From Proteromonas lacertae (Eukaryota): a DNA stretch of 64,000 nucleotides. Position numbers and translations under genes: made by a program. Position 1 is the stretch's first letter, and each line of letters begins with the position of its first letter. Under the pieces are notes generated by a model. The model was not told the DNA's origin, did not search any database, and saw only the letters and a list, made by a program, of their open reading frames with translations. The stretch is from positions 124,001 through 188,000 of the forward strand of contig NGBS01000002.1 of assembly GCA_002245135.1 (NCBI GenBank). The letters are read 5' to 3'. This document shows positions 25,660 to 40,634 of this stretch, piece by piece.

Positions 25660-27093
25660 ATGCAATCAGAAGGTATATTACTTCACTTTATATAATTTGA
25701 ATAGATCCGATTAGAAAAAGGTTGGAAGAATGGAAGAAACGAAAAGAGGAAAGTCAATCTGTATTTTTATTATTTATAATGTTTAGAAGCAAATGAACAA
25801 AACAATTCAATCAAAGCCACCACTGGCTTTTAATAGATCTAAAACTCCAGTTGCTCCCAAACCTAGAAACTCATTTTCTACTCCTTCTACTAATAGTTCA
25901 TATTCAACTCTTTTAAATCGTAGTAGAACTCCTGTTCAACAAGGATCAACATCTAAACAATCATCAACAACCAACTTAACACTTCGCTCAAAATCTACAA
26001 CAATGTCAAGACAATCATTAAATAAATTACCTCCTAAAATATCAGTCACAAAATCAACTACACTAAATTCATCTAAACAACAACAACCAGGAAATACTCT
26101 ATATCGTTCATCTTCTCCATCTCTGTCAATTCGAAGAAACCAATCAACAAAACCATCCAATACATTACAAACACCATCCTCAAATTATAAAAAACCTTCA
26201 CTCTCTAAGACAACGAAGATTAGATCATCTTCTCCAAGTACAAGGATGAGTATAAGAAATAGAAGTAGAACTCCATCTAGATCATTATCACCATCACAGA
26301 GGAAAAGTCCCTTAGTAACACCAAAATCAAAACAATTGTCAAATTATATAAACTCTGATATACCAATCGATTTTAAATTAAGTTGTTTAAATGATGAAGT
26401 ATTGGAGTGTTATATTAATAATACAAGTGATGAAGATAAAGATATGATAATAAATATATTATATAATGAATATATACAATGGAATTATATAAATTGTATG
26501 TTTAATAATAATATAAAAGTAGAAAAAGAAAAAATTGAAGTATATATATTATATATTTTTAATCATTATGAATAGAATTTATTCTGTAATGTATATCGAG
26601 AAAATGAAAGAAGAAAGATGAAATATTATCAAACATTAATTACATATAACAAATATAAATTAATATCAATATATAATGAAATAATTAATAATACAAACAC
26701 AGATTTATCATCACTAATGAAGTATTATAATGATTTTAAAGTATAATAAATATTTATATATTTTAGAGTAAATTTCAATATATTATGAAAGAAGTATATA
26801 ATAGTTGCAATTATTTACCATTAAGAAACATAGAATATGATGAAAGTGGTTTATTAAAAGAATTAGATGAATGTTATACATTATGTTTAACACTTGATAA
26901 TTGTTTTGTAGTATATTTGAATGATGTAGGAGAATTAAATAAAAATATAATCAATCTAAAGAATGAATTGTTGAATATAAGTATAAAGATGAAAAGTATA
27001 AATGAAGAGTTGATAAATATGAGTGATATGGAAATGATAGAAAGAAGTATAAAAGTAAATCAGATAGAAGAGAATAATATAATAAATATTTAA
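25660..27093 (+). CDS. Augmin subunit HAUS8/QWRF-family-like microtubule protein
   Basis: ATG 25660, four short introns; basic Ser/Thr/Arg-rich N-terminus, then LYNEYIQWNYINC (QWRF-like motif) and a coiled-coil C-terminus. Confidence 0.55.
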
Positions 27094-27127
27094 TTCCATT
27101 TTATTTCTTTTTTTTAATACAACACAA

Positions 27128-28068
27128 TTAATCAAGTATAATTATATGAATATTATTCTGAGTTTGGAAAAATCTGATATATTTATAATGTTGGAGATCT
27201 TCTTGTGAAATTCTATCTAATTTTATTTTTCCAATTGATGAGAATGTTTGTAAAAATGATTCTCACCAACTGGCAATATATCCATTAATAATTTTCTACA
27301 GAATATTTATTTGCTGGTTTTTCATTCCAACCTCGAGGAATCCATGAATTATGAAATAAATAAGATCTATTCATCATTAATAAATAGCTATTATATACGT
27401 AAAGATTCCAATAAATAAAGCAACAACAATATCAATTGAATAATGACGACGACAACATAATAAATTGGGAATTAATATTGATAAATAAACTATCATTATT
27501 ATCCATCCAGTTCTTCGATCTATTTTATAAAAACTATTAATAAAATAATACATTTCTTTGGTAATGCCATTGTAAAGCAATATAACCATACATATGCACC
27601 AGCAATATGACCACTAAATATTAAATCACCACAATTTCGACTCATTCCATATAACGGAGATATATGACCTAATATATCATATATACTACTAGTAACAGGT
27701 AATTCAGTTGAACCAATTCTACAATGAATAGCTGGACCAGGCAAAGAAGTCCAAAATGTAGTAATTACTCTCAAATAATATACTATAGAAGTTAATCGAC
27801 TTTTAAGAGGTTTAGTAAGTTCCACAATTTCATCTATCATTCTTTCAATGCATAACAATAAAAGACTAACAAATTCACCTATCACTCCTCATCCTCTCAA
27901 TCTTTTTACATCATTTACTAATAGTGGAATATTTCGATATATACGTTATATAATACCGTTTAATATTACAGCGATTATTCTTATCAATGGCAATTTGTCA
28001 ATTAAGAAAGAAATACATCATAAAATACATAAATAATATTTATATACTTGTTATAATTATCCCATTCA
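27128..28068 (-). pseudogene. Sphingomyelin/IPC synthase (SMS family) gene with in-frame stops and frameshifts
   Basis: LRVITTFWTSLPGPAIHC, CGDLIFSGH, RRHYSIDIVVA catalytic motifs intact; 5' part has in-frame TAA/TGA (~27947, ~27890) and no proper acceptor for the first intron; frame change near 27260. Confidence 0.7.
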
Positions 28069-28151
28069 TTATATTCAGTGATTTTAAAATTTGGGATAAT
28101 TATTAAAATATATTCGTTATTTTTACAGTATAGTTTTTTCGATTTTTCTTA

Positions 28152-31100
28152 ATGACTGAATATATTTCAACAAAAATTCCACTTTCAGAAGCTCGATGTG
28201 AGAGTGCTACATATGTATTACATATTTATATTATTATTAGTTTTCATCCATTACTAATTTTGAAGTAGATTTTATAGACAAGTATTGTAGAAGATATATT
28301 ACTGATAATTACATCAGTTTTTCTACTATGAAACATAAAAGAAGTCTTGCTGAAATTCCATCAAAAGAAAGAACAAAAGAGGTATATATACAATATTTAA
28401 TTATTGATTATAGCATCTTCAACAATGGTTTTATCCAGTCATACATGCTTTATATAGTTTACATGAGAATGGGCTTTGTCACACTAGTGTAAAAGCCACA
28501 AACATATTTGAGAGTGAAAATGGTTATATTCTATCTGATGTGGGTAAATATTACTTTTACAACAACAAAAATCTCAAAGAGAAAGGATTTAAAATACCAG
28601 AAGAAATGATAGAAAGAAAAAATGTTTGTTTTGAATATAAGAAAGATAATGAGATGTTGGGAAAGTTATTAGAAGAATATATTATTTATAGTGTAATAGA
28701 AAATATAGAAGATTATAATGGAATAATAAAAGAGTTAAAAGAGAGTGAAAATGATTTAGATTTATTGAATTTATTACATAAATACCAATCAATATTTCCA
28801 AAACCATCTATCAATATTGAAACAATCTTAAGAAAAGAGTTCTACATATTGGGATATTTCCAATATTCTATGATAGATATATCAATATCAAAATATGTAG
28901 AAATTGTAAAAAGTGAGATTGATGAAGAAGTTAAGTATTATTTGAGTGTTTGTTTATTAAATTCCATTTCAATGAGTATATAATAATATATGGAATTATA
29001 TATTGAATATAGATGAAGAAAAAAGAATAGAAATAAGTTATGAAGAGTTTGTTGAGTTGAAAGATTTATTCTATGAAGAGATTAAAAGAAGTAACAAGAA
29101 AAGATCAAACGAATTAACAACTCCAATAAAAAGAGAAATATTTGAAGAAGTATTTAAGAATAGAAATACTGAAGAGATTAATCTGAGGTTTAGTATATTT
29201 TTTATTATTGTTTTATCAATATTAGAAATCCCAACTCTTTCAAAATATGAATGTGTTTTATTTTCAATAATATTAAGTTGTTTTGAAAATGTGAAAATAC
29301 TAAATATTGGTGCAAATTATATTAATGTGATAAATGTAAGTCATATAATTCAAGGAATTCGACACTTTAGTCAATTGACAGAGTTGGTAGTGAGTAGTAT
29401 AATGTTTATATTATTATCAAATAGGTATGTCATTTACATACACATCATTAACTATTTTATCTGATATAGTTAAAAATAATCAACATTTGGAGTATTTGAA
29501 TATGAGATGTATAAGAAATTATTATTATTACTTTTTGCCAATCAAAAAATGGGAAGATGGAATAAAACTGGTTTTAGAAAATTGTCCCAATCTGATATAT
29601 TTGAATATTAAATGTATAATAATCAATATATTCTTTATTTAGATAATCTTTTATCCCATTTAGATGAATCATTAGGTATTTTAGATGCAATCAAAAGAAT
29701 GACCAATTTAAAAAAGTTAAATTTCAATTGTATTTTGATATAACATTATAAATAGGTAATTATTTTGGTGTTTCAGATGAATATGATTGCAGTATAATGT
29801 ATGATGAATTTATAGAAATAAATGGATATATTTTGAATGTGAATGATATTAACAATCGAAATATTATGATAAATACTGGTAAATATTTAAATGGAATAAT
29901 TGAAAGATTATTCAACTTAAAAATTCTCAAATTGAAATGTATTTATTATCTGTTTGTAATAGGTAAATAGCTTGTGCAATAACTGATCATATAATGATAG
30001 AAATATGTAAATCATTGAATCAGTTATCTCAATTAGAAGAATTAAATTTAGAAGGAAATAAATTAACTGAAAAATCGATGTATAAATTAGGAGAATGTAT
30101 TTATGAAATGAAAGAATTAAGATTATTAAATATTAGCAGTATTTATATAATAAATGAATATTATATAGATAATGAAATAAATAGTTATGGAATATATCTT
30201 CTTTTCCAAAATCTTGAAAGTGAAATAATCCTGCAAAACTTAAATGAAATAATTATTAATAACAATCTGATTCAGTGCGAGGGTTTTTATCATTTTCTGT
30301 TTTTAATAAGAAAACTCAAATCAGTAACTAAATTAAATCTAAATATGAAGTGTAATTTAGTTAAAAACAATGAAGAAGAAATGGTTCTATTTAAAGAATC
30401 AATGAAATATTTGAAAGAACTTACCAATATAGAAGAATTAAAAATTTCAAGTATAATTCTATTATAATATGTGTATTAGACACACCATTAGGTGATTCTG
30501 GAATTGAAATATTATCTAGCGTATTGAAATATTTACCAAAATTAAAATCACTTGATTTTTCTTGTATGATTAAGAATTATTTATAATAGATTTACTGATA
30601 AAAACAAAAGGGATATATGTTTTGATGGATGAAATAAACAAAAACTGTAAAAGTATAGAATCTTTAATGATAGAAGGAAATACATTATGTAATGAATCAG
30701 CTATAGAAGTGAGTAGATTTCTATTATCAAATACTCAACTAAAGAAAATCAGTCTATCATGTATAAATATATAATGCATATATTTAATAGGCAAAAATTT
30801 GAATGTGCTCCATAATTATATTGTTGCAGAAGGGTTTAAGAATATATTCAATCTTGAAGAATTGTCAATAGATAATATAAAATACTCGCCAAATGCTCTA
30901 AATACTCTTTTCACTTATTTAAAACAAAATAAAATGATGAAAAGATTAACAATTAAATGTATTAATATTAAATTTAATTGAATAGGTTGTGATTTTGATA
31001 GAAGCATGATAATAAAGTTTGTAGAATTATTAAAGCAATTTAATAATTTAGAAGAACTTATTCTTCAAAATTGTGATATTGATTCAGATTTGATGTTTTC

Positions 31101-31687
31101 TCTAAATGACGGTTTGATGAATCTTCACAAATTAAAAATATTAGATTTATCAGGTATTGTTTTATTTCTATATTTTAGATAATCATATAGATTCAGATGG
31201 AATTTATATTTTGTGCAGATGTTTTGATTCACTTCAAAGTCTATATACATTGAGGTTAGAGTATAATGTTTTCAGATTTGATGGAATAAAGATTCTTTGT
31301 AATAATCTACAAAGATTACCATATTTAAGTAATCTTCACACTTTAGGAAATAATTTTGGCGAAGAAGGACTGATTGAACTTCTAGATGTTGTTGAAATTA
31401 ATCCAAGAAAAGTAATTCAAAACTATCATGAACGATTATGCATTACTTTTCTTCCAGAAAAACTTGATAAAGTAGTGTATTTAGTTCACGGAGTTGATAG
31501 AGGAAGAAAAGCATGGTATTATTTAGAAGTGGAAAGAAATATGTATCATATTTTTTTAACTGCTACAAATAGTAATACTATTAACTTAGATAATTATGGC
31601 AAAGTGATATATTCTGCTTATGGTGATAATCCTCCTCAACATATCAAAGATAAAGTATATCAAGATTATCCATATGTTTATGAGTAG
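28152..31687 (+). CDS. Degenerate kinase-like domain + RI/NLRC3-type LRR array + C-terminal GxDRGRxAWYY domain
   Basis: N-term LHENGLCHTSVKATNIF...ILSDVG (degenerate catalytic loop/DFG); many LxxLxLxxN repeats split by phase-1 introns; C-term VYLVHGVDRGRKAWYYLEV...LDNYGKVIYSAYGDNPP. Confidence 0.75.
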
Positions 31688-32229
31688 AATATGTTATTTA
31701 ACAAATACATTCTAAACTAACCATTAATTTTACTCATTGAGGATGATTTGTGTAATAGAATTATTCCATAAGTTAATAATAACTATAGTGATATATTGAC
31801 TTATAGTTCTAGGATATAAATAATATAATCACTTCATATATAACTAAGTTTATGCAATTTGTTGCGTTATCGCGTATGTAATAAAAAGTTCTTTCTTTCA
31901 ACTATATGTATAACCAAATATTATATGAATGAAACAATCAATTTATTTTTGTTGAACAGGTGTATATTATTGAACTTTACATTATGAATCCCACGAGTTT
32001 TATACTATAACTATACATATAACTATTTTGTTAGTAGACAAACACTTATTTATTATAATACATTTATTCATCAGCAAAAATGAACATATATGTTTGCGAC
32101 AAAGAGTGATATGTAACCAATGGTTAATACAATTCAAATTAGCGATATAAAGCAAATTATTGTGAAATAGCTGTTTGAATAATTTTTGAATTTTTAAATT
32201 TCATTTTTGATTTTCTTATCTAAAAGTAG

Positions 32230-35200
32230 ATGTCTCAGCAAGGAGAGCAGAGAAGTATAAATGTAGCAGTGAGAATGAGGTGTTTAAATCAGAAGGAGGT
32301 ATATATTTTATTGAATTACGAGAAATAGATACAAAAAGGTGATACCTATTCATGGCTATGTGATCTTGAAACAAATACTGTTACATCTGTTTGTACTAAG
32401 GATTGCAATAACTTAACATCATATCCTGTTGGTATATTATATTACTGTTTATAGAAATATATAGATCATGTATTTGATGAAAAGCATACGTCAGAAGATG
32501 TATATAAAGCTATAGGTGAGCCAATTATTAACGATGTACTTCAAGGTATAAATGGCACAATATTTGCCTATGGTCAAACATCATCTGGCAAAACATACAC
32601 AATTCGTGGAACATTGGAACATCCAGGAATTCTATATTTATCATCTAAAGACATTTTTGACAAAATCAGGAAAGCATCAGATAGAGACTTTATCATAAAA
32701 GTGTCTTATATTGAAATATACAATGAAACATTAAAAGATTTATTAGATCCAGATAGACCTCCACAGATCAGAGAACATATCGAAAAAGGTGTATATTTAG
32801 ACTGTACAGATTATACAATTACAGACATGAAGCAAATTGATAATTTAATCCAACTGGGTGAAAGTAATCGACATATTGGAGCAACTAAAATGAATGAAAG
32901 AAGTAGTAGATCTCATACCATCTTTCGTATTGAAATAGAAAGTAAATCTCAGGATTTAGATGATGATAGAACACTAGGTGCAATTTTGAATATAGTTGAT
33001 TTAGCAGGTAGTGAAAATGCCAAAAATACTGAGGCTAAAGGTGATAGACTAGTTGAAGCAGGTTGTATTAATAAATCACTATCCACATTAAGTTTAGTTA
33101 TCAGTCAATTAGCTTCAAATAGTGTTGGTCATATTAACTTTAGAGATAGTAAATTGACTAGATTATTACAACCATCGTTAAATGGTAATACTCGTACTTC
33201 TATTATTGCATGTATTAGTCCAGCAAGTAGTAATCGAATGGAGAGTGAAGGAACATTGAAATTTGCATGTAGAGCAAAGAATATTGTGACTGTAGTTAAA
33301 CAGAATAGTGGTTATAGTGATAATATTAAAGATATTGCTTTATTAAAGAGAGAAAAGTATGATTTGAAGTTACAGATAGCTGAATATGTTAGTTCAATAA
33401 ATGATTTGAATGATAAGATAACTAAATATGAGGAAATTGATAGATTATATAATAATATACTGGAATATATATCTAAGAATTATGAGCCAAGAATATTACA
33501 ATATATTGAGAATATAAGTGATGATATTGTTGTGGAAGAAAATGAAAACGCAAATATTATTGTATAAATATTAATATATTGATTATTATAATGCTATTGT
33601 AATAGAAATTAAAACAAATTGATGGAATAATCAATTACTTATTGAAAGTTCAAAAAGACAAAGAAAATGAGTTTAATAAAACATCTGACAACTTAATATC
33701 AATGTTACAGAAAAATACAGATGAATTGACACAATTTAAACAACAATATACAAGTGTATTATTATTATTATATTATTTTATTTTTATTAATAAATAGTTG
33801 GATTTAAAATACAAAGGATTAACTCAACAATATAAACAATCACAAGAAAAAATAAATGAATTACAAAACCATTTAAATGAGAATGAAAAACAAATCAAAA
33901 ATCAATCTGACACAATAACTCAGCAGAAGAATATGATAGTAGAATATAACAGCAACATTGACAAACTGAATAATACAATTACAGATACTAATAATAAGTT
34001 AAACCAATTAACAGAGAATCATTTACAATTAGAATCAGATAATGATAATAAAAAGAAGATTATCGTTGAATTAAATCAAGAAATTGGTAATATAAAGAAT
34101 GAGAATGTAAAGAAAGAGAATCAAATAACTGAACTTCAAACAGAAATAGAGACTATTCAACAAACTAAAGATACATTAGACAAAGAAAAGTTGAATATTT
34201 TGAATGAAATAACTGCTGTAAAAGTAGAAATCACTAAGAAAGATAACATTATTAGTAATTTACAGAATGAATTGAGTGAAATGAGTAGTAAAAATGAACA
34301 ATTATCAAATCAATTGGAAGAATTGAAGATAAAGAATAAGAATCTTGAAACAGAGTTTAGTGATAAGAAGAATGAGTATGAAAATCTTATTATCACATTA
34401 AAGAATGATTTACATCAAATACAGAATGAAAAAACACAAATAAACAATCAGAATGAACAATATAAAGAAGAAATAGATAAAATGAATATTAAAATTAATC
34501 AATTAGATGATAAAATAGCTGGATTAAATGAAGATTGTAATAACTACCAACAAGAGATAACTGAATTAAAAGAATTGAATGAAAAGAACCAAAATGAATA
34601 CATAAAGAAAGAAAATGACTTAAATGAAGAGAAACAATACTTATTAGTGAATTTAGAGCAAATAATTGAAGAGAAATCAGTTCTTAAACAAAAATATACA
34701 AACAACCAAACACAAAGTGAAAGTAGAATTAACAAATTAGACAATGAAAAGAATAATTTATTAGATACAATCCAAACAATGAAAAGTGATTATGAATATG
34801 AAAGAAATCAAAGACAAGCTGAGTTTGAGAATATAAAATCACAATTTGAATCAGAAATTAGCTCTAAGAATAAAACTATTAATGAATTAGAAAGTCATAA
34901 TAACCAAATACAAGAGAAATTAATAGAAACTGAAAATAATATGAATAGATTGAGAGATGAATCAGAAGATACAATAAATCAATTAAAACAGAATATAAAA
35001 GAATTAGATGAGGCAATTGAGTTAGGTAAAGAAGAAAATGAAATGAGAATATATGAATTAACCAATGAGAAAATAGAAAAGATGAATGAAATATCTTTAT
35101 TACAATCATCGCTGGAGAATTTGAAACAGATTCAAAACCAACTTAATGAAGATAATAACCATAATAAGAATATGATAAATCAGTTAAACGTAGAAATGAA

Positions 35201-38200
35201 TAAGAATAAAGAAGAATATAATGCCAATATAAACACTATCCAAAGTCAATATAATGAATTGAATAATCAATTGCAAACACTTATAGTAGAAAAATCACAA
35301 TTGAATGATTCATTAGTAGAATTACAATCTCAATATAGTAGTTTAAATGATGATTATAATAGAATGAAAGAAGATAATGATGAAATGAATGAGCAAATAC
35401 AAAATTATAACAATGAATTAGATCAATTAACAATTATATATGATAATAAAGATGTAAAGCATAATGAAATGATAGAAGAGAAGAATGGTGAGATTGAAAA
35501 GTATCAGTCGAATATTGAGTTATTAACTACACAAAAAGAAGAATTAGAGAATAGAATTAATGAAATGATTAACCAGAATAATGAACTAAGTAATAAGTGC
35601 ATTGAATATGATTTAAAGATACAACAACTTAATGAGAGTCATAGTAAAGAAATGAATGAATTGAATGAGAAGAATAACACTATAACACAAGAAAGAGATT
35701 CTATTCATAGTAATTATGAAGATTTAAAGGTTAAATATAATGAATTAGAGAATAAATTCAACGAGTTACAAAGCAATTCTGAAGTATTAAATGAGAATAT
35801 AAAGTCAAAAAATGAACAAATTAAACAATTAAATAATACAGTTGAAGAATTGAGACTTGAAATTTCAAATCTCAACCAAACAATTGAAGTAAAAACAAAT
35901 GAATATAATAAATCCATACAACAATTAGAACAGGAAATGAATGAGTTAAAATCACAATATGAATCAGACTTAAACTCAAAATTACAATTAATATCAGAGT
36001 TAGAAGAAAAGAAAATGAATTTAGATAATCAACTGCATGAAAATGTGACAGAATTGAATGAATTAAAAGATGAATATAATGCCAAAGTGAATATATGGAA
36101 TGAATCTGAGATAAATTACAATAAACTATTATTTGATAATGGTGAAACAATCTCAAACATGAGAAATGAAATAGCTGAAAAAGAGAATAATATTCAAATA
36201 ATTAGTGGTGAAAAAGATGAATTGAATAATCAATTACAACAAGCAAAAGATGAAATTACCAAATTGCAGTCTAATATTAGTGAATTATTAAGTAATAAGA
36301 GTTATATAGAGACTTATACATCTAAAACAATTGGATCATTACAAAACCAAGTGAATGAATTGAATAATGAAATATCATCAAACTTATCTATTATTAATGA
36401 TTTACAAACACACTCAAATGAATTAAATGAAAAAATAAAACAAGAAAATAGTGAGAAAATGAATATTAGCAATGAATATGAGAGTTTTAAACAACAAAGT
36501 GAAGAATTGATATCTCATTTAAAGAATGAACAGAATGAATTAAATAATCAATTACAGTCTAAAGAGACAGAAATACAACAATTAAGAAATGAAATTGAGA
36601 AAGTAAAGGAAGCTAATGAGTTAAATGACAATAATAGAAATAAAGAATATAAAGATTATCAAATGGAAATGGAAAGTATGATATCCAATCTAAACATAGA
36701 AACAGAACAATTAAAGAAAGAAATTGAAAGTAAAGAATCTTCAATTAATGAGTTAAAGTTGACTATTAATGAATTAGAATCAACACTAAACAAAGAAAGA
36801 GAAGAAAATGATAAGAAAATAAATAATATGACTGAAGAAAATAACAAAAATATTCAATTATTAGAAAATACTAATAAAGAATATACGATATATAAGAATG
36901 AAGTAGAAATGAAAATATCCGAATTATCCAATCAAATCGAAGAATTGCAGCTAAATATAAAACATTTAGATTGTGAAAAACAATGTAATATAAACGAAAA
37001 TGAAATAGCTAAAAAAGAAATTGTTAGAATTCAAAACGAGAATGAGATGAAAATAAAGGAATTAATGGATGAAATAAGTGAAAAAGAAGAAGAAACTACC
37101 TTACTAACATCATCAATAAATGAGTTAAAAGATGTACAAAATAAATATAATGAATTAACTGAAGAAAACAATAGAAATATTGAGAAAATATATGAATTAG
37201 AAAATAGAATTTCAACTAATGAAAGTGAATATAACAAAGAGAAAATAGAGTTTGAAATACAAATAAAAGAACTGAACTTTGATTTACTGAAGGAAATAGA
37301 AAGTAAATCAGATTTAAATATGAAACTAAGTGAATTAGAAAACAATTCAAAACAAATAATAGAAGAAAAAGTGTCATTACAAAATGAAATACTCAAACTT
37401 CAACAACAGAATCAAAGTGAAATATCCAATCAACAAAGTGAATATAATAAAACAATTGAAGATTTAAAGAATGAATTAAATGAAAAAGAACAATCTGTTA
37501 ATGATACAAATATCAAATTATTAGAAAAAGAAAGACAAATAAATGAATATGAAATGAATATTGAAACTATGAGTGAAGAGTTAGAAACATTAAAGAAAGA
37601 AATAAAAAGAAAACAGAATCAATTAAATAATGTTGAATCAGATTTAACAGAAAGATATAATATATTAAAACAGAATAATGAGAAATATGAATTACAAATT
37701 AAAGAATATGAAAATGAGAAAATGTTATTAGAATCTAATATCAATGACTTAACTCAACAAGTTAAGAATATGACTAAACTTAATGATAAGATTGTTTTAT
37801 TATCAAATGAGAATAATGAATTGAAACAAAAGGTTGAAATAGACGAAAGTGAGATAGAATCATTAAAGAATAAATACAAAAATTATGAGATAATTAATAA
37901 TGAAAATAATAAGAAAAATGAAAAGATCGAATTATTATCAAAGGAATTAACTAAAGTACAATTTGAATATAACAATATATTAAGCCAATATAACAATCAA
38001 AATGAATTATTACAAAAGATGAGAAATGATAAAGACTCATTAAAGAAGAATAGCAATGAATTAATTCAACAATATCAATTGTTAGTAGATAGTAATAATC
38101 TATTAACAGATAAAGTGAATAAATACGAAACAACTATTCAAGAACAGAATGAAATGATTAAAACAATAAAATCAAAAATAGAATTATTAGAGAATAATAA

Positions 38201-39212
38201 TGACATTCTAACTAAAGATAATGAAAAAATGAAAAATGATGTAATGAATGGAAATATAGTAATTGAAGGACAAAACAAACAAATAACTGAATTAGAGAAT
38301 GAGATAAATGAAAAGAAAGAATATTTGAAGAGTAAATGTGAAGAAGTTGATAAAATAACACAACTTAAAAACTCATTACAAAAAGATCTAAACAAATTAA
38401 AAGATAGATTAAATGAATATGATATATCAATAGAAAAGAAAGATAAAAACATCAAAGAATTAAATATAAAAGTAACTTCAACAATGAGTGAATTAGCAAA
38501 GTGTAAGATTGAATTAAATGATAAAATAAGTGAAGTATCAAATTATAAACAAAACATAAATGATTATTTATTAACTATTAAAAAGAGAGAAACAGAATTA
38601 AAACAATACCAATCATTATATAATGAAGATAAAGTATTAAAACAGCAAATACAACAATTGAAGAGTGAAGTAGAAGAATTAAGACATGATAATGAGATAT
38701 TAAGTCAAAATCAAAAGATTGATCAAGTCAGTAAGAATTTATATGACAGTGTTAAAGCTAATTTGGATATATATGAAAAGAGATGTAATGAATATGAAGT
38801 AGAGATTAATAAATTAAAACAAGAAAAGGAAAGATTAGAAGATTTGAAAATAAAAGGATTTAAAGCCTTAGATGAGTTAAAGAAAGAAGGATTAAAGAAT
38901 AAACAATTAGTACAGCAATTAACTGAAGAAAAACAACAGTATGAAACTAAATGTAAGAAGTATAAAGAGAATCAAGTCGTATTTAATGCAATGAAAAAAC
39001 AATATGAAAAGATAAAGAGTGAATATGATTTGTATAAAGACGAGAATGTTAAACATAAGAGAAAGATTTGCGAATTAGAAAAATCACTTGAAAATAAGAC
39101 ATTCTTAGATCCTGTAGTGAATAGATTAGAAGAAGAAATAAATACATTAAACAAACAAGTAAAAAGATATAAAATAATGAATATTGGAGATAAAGAGAAT
39201 ATGGTGAATTAA
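32230..39212 (+). CDS. Kinesin-7 (CENP-E-like) motor with ~1800-aa coiled-coil tail
   Basis: INVAVRMR, IFAYGQTSSGKT, NERSSRSH, VDLAGSE, FRDSKLTRLLQPSL; four short introns; a final 5.4-kb exon of heptad repeats. Confidence 0.9.
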
Positions 39213-39342
39213 GATTCTTAATTTATTATTATTATTATTACATCCTTTAAATGTTTTGATGTTCTTTTCTTTTGAGTTTTTCAAAAATGTCAAACATCAA
39301 GCTTTTTCAAATTATTTGTTTTTCTTTTTTTATGATTTTGTA

Positions 39343-40489
39343 ATGAATTCGATAATTCTATTAGCTGCATTATTAGTATCTGGAGTTACAACGACAATAT
39401 TAACACAGTATCTTTGCTATTATGGTTTAACTGGTATATTAACAAAATTTCTACAATAACAGATCAAAAGTCACTTATAATTCCAATAATCACATACATT
39501 GGTATGATGTGTGTTACTTTTCTGCCGAAATCTTGGTTTAGTGAAAGAAAAGAAATATCACACTTACCACATACGCATGATGAGTATATCACTATTAAAA
39601 TCACTACTAATAGCAGAGATCCTTTCACATTATCCAAAATCAGACCAAATTTATTTTCTACTCCACATGGCTGTATAATCTTAACTGGACTGTTTGATTT
39701 TCTTGGAACTACGTTTTGCACAGTAGGGTATAGTATTCGAGATATAATATATGAATAGGATAAGTTTATCTGGAAGTGGAATATATCAAGTAATATTTTC
39801 ATCTGTCACTATATGGTCAGCTGTGCTTGGTCGAATATTTTTACACCGATATTTAAACACTAGACAATGGTTGGCAATAGTATTCGTCACTTTTGGTTTA
39901 TATATAAGTACACAAGGTGATTCAAATAAAGCATTAACCTCCAATACATTGTTAGGCATATTATCATCCTTATTTGGAACAATATTATTTGCAGGAAGTT
40001 ATATATTAGGTGATTATTTACAAACAAATTGTAATATAAGTCCTAGAGATATATGTATTAGAGTAGGTTCATATTATACATTAGCAATCATGCTTTATAT
40101 ATTATTTTACACTGTACCCAACTTCAAATCATTAGTATATGATAAAGTGATTATATCTAATGGTAAATTACCTATGATTGTGTTTGTATATATTTTAACT
40201 ATTATATCACAAACTGTACATGGTTTTGCTTATTTTTCCTGTCTTGGTAATGTAGGAGCTGTGTCTACTGGAACTGTATCTGGATTAAGAGCCATTGTTG
40301 TGTTTTTCTTAAGTTCTTACTTGTTTTGTTCGTATATATAACATATAGATTTATTTATAATAATATAGAAGACAAGCTAGTCAGTGTTTGACAATATATA
40401 AAGAAATATCTAGTTTTATGGTATTAAGTGGAGTTGGATATTATATTTATGAAAGTTCCAGGGTTAAGCCAATGAAAACTATATCTTAG
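39343..40489 (+). CDS. DMT/nucleotide-sugar transporter (SLC35-like) membrane protein
   Basis: About 10 hydrophobic segments; GSGIYQVIFSSVTIWSAVLGRIFLHRYL..QW motif; three short introns. Confidence 0.8.
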
Positions 40490-40634
40490 ATTCTTTAATT
40501 AGATTAATGACTAATCTTTTTACAGTAATTATGTTGTTGATGTTGTGTGGTGTAAAAAAATGGTTAAGGAAAGTTTGTCTCTTCGAGCCTATTCAACTGA
40601 AATTTGAATTTTTTTTATTCTTTCAAGATTAAAT

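Noticed and set aside
31690..32229. ncRNA in the 540-bp gap before the kinesin (also the 3396-3889 gap)
   Set aside because: No convincing tRNA, snRNA or snoRNA motifs, and no GC-rich stems.
34544..39154. Many minus-strand ORFs opposite the kinesin, and similar antisense ORFs elsewhere (545-955, 7892-8362, 22700-22989, 51469-51990)
   Set aside because: Shadow frames of biased codon usage; Leu/Ser/Phe-rich with no motifs.
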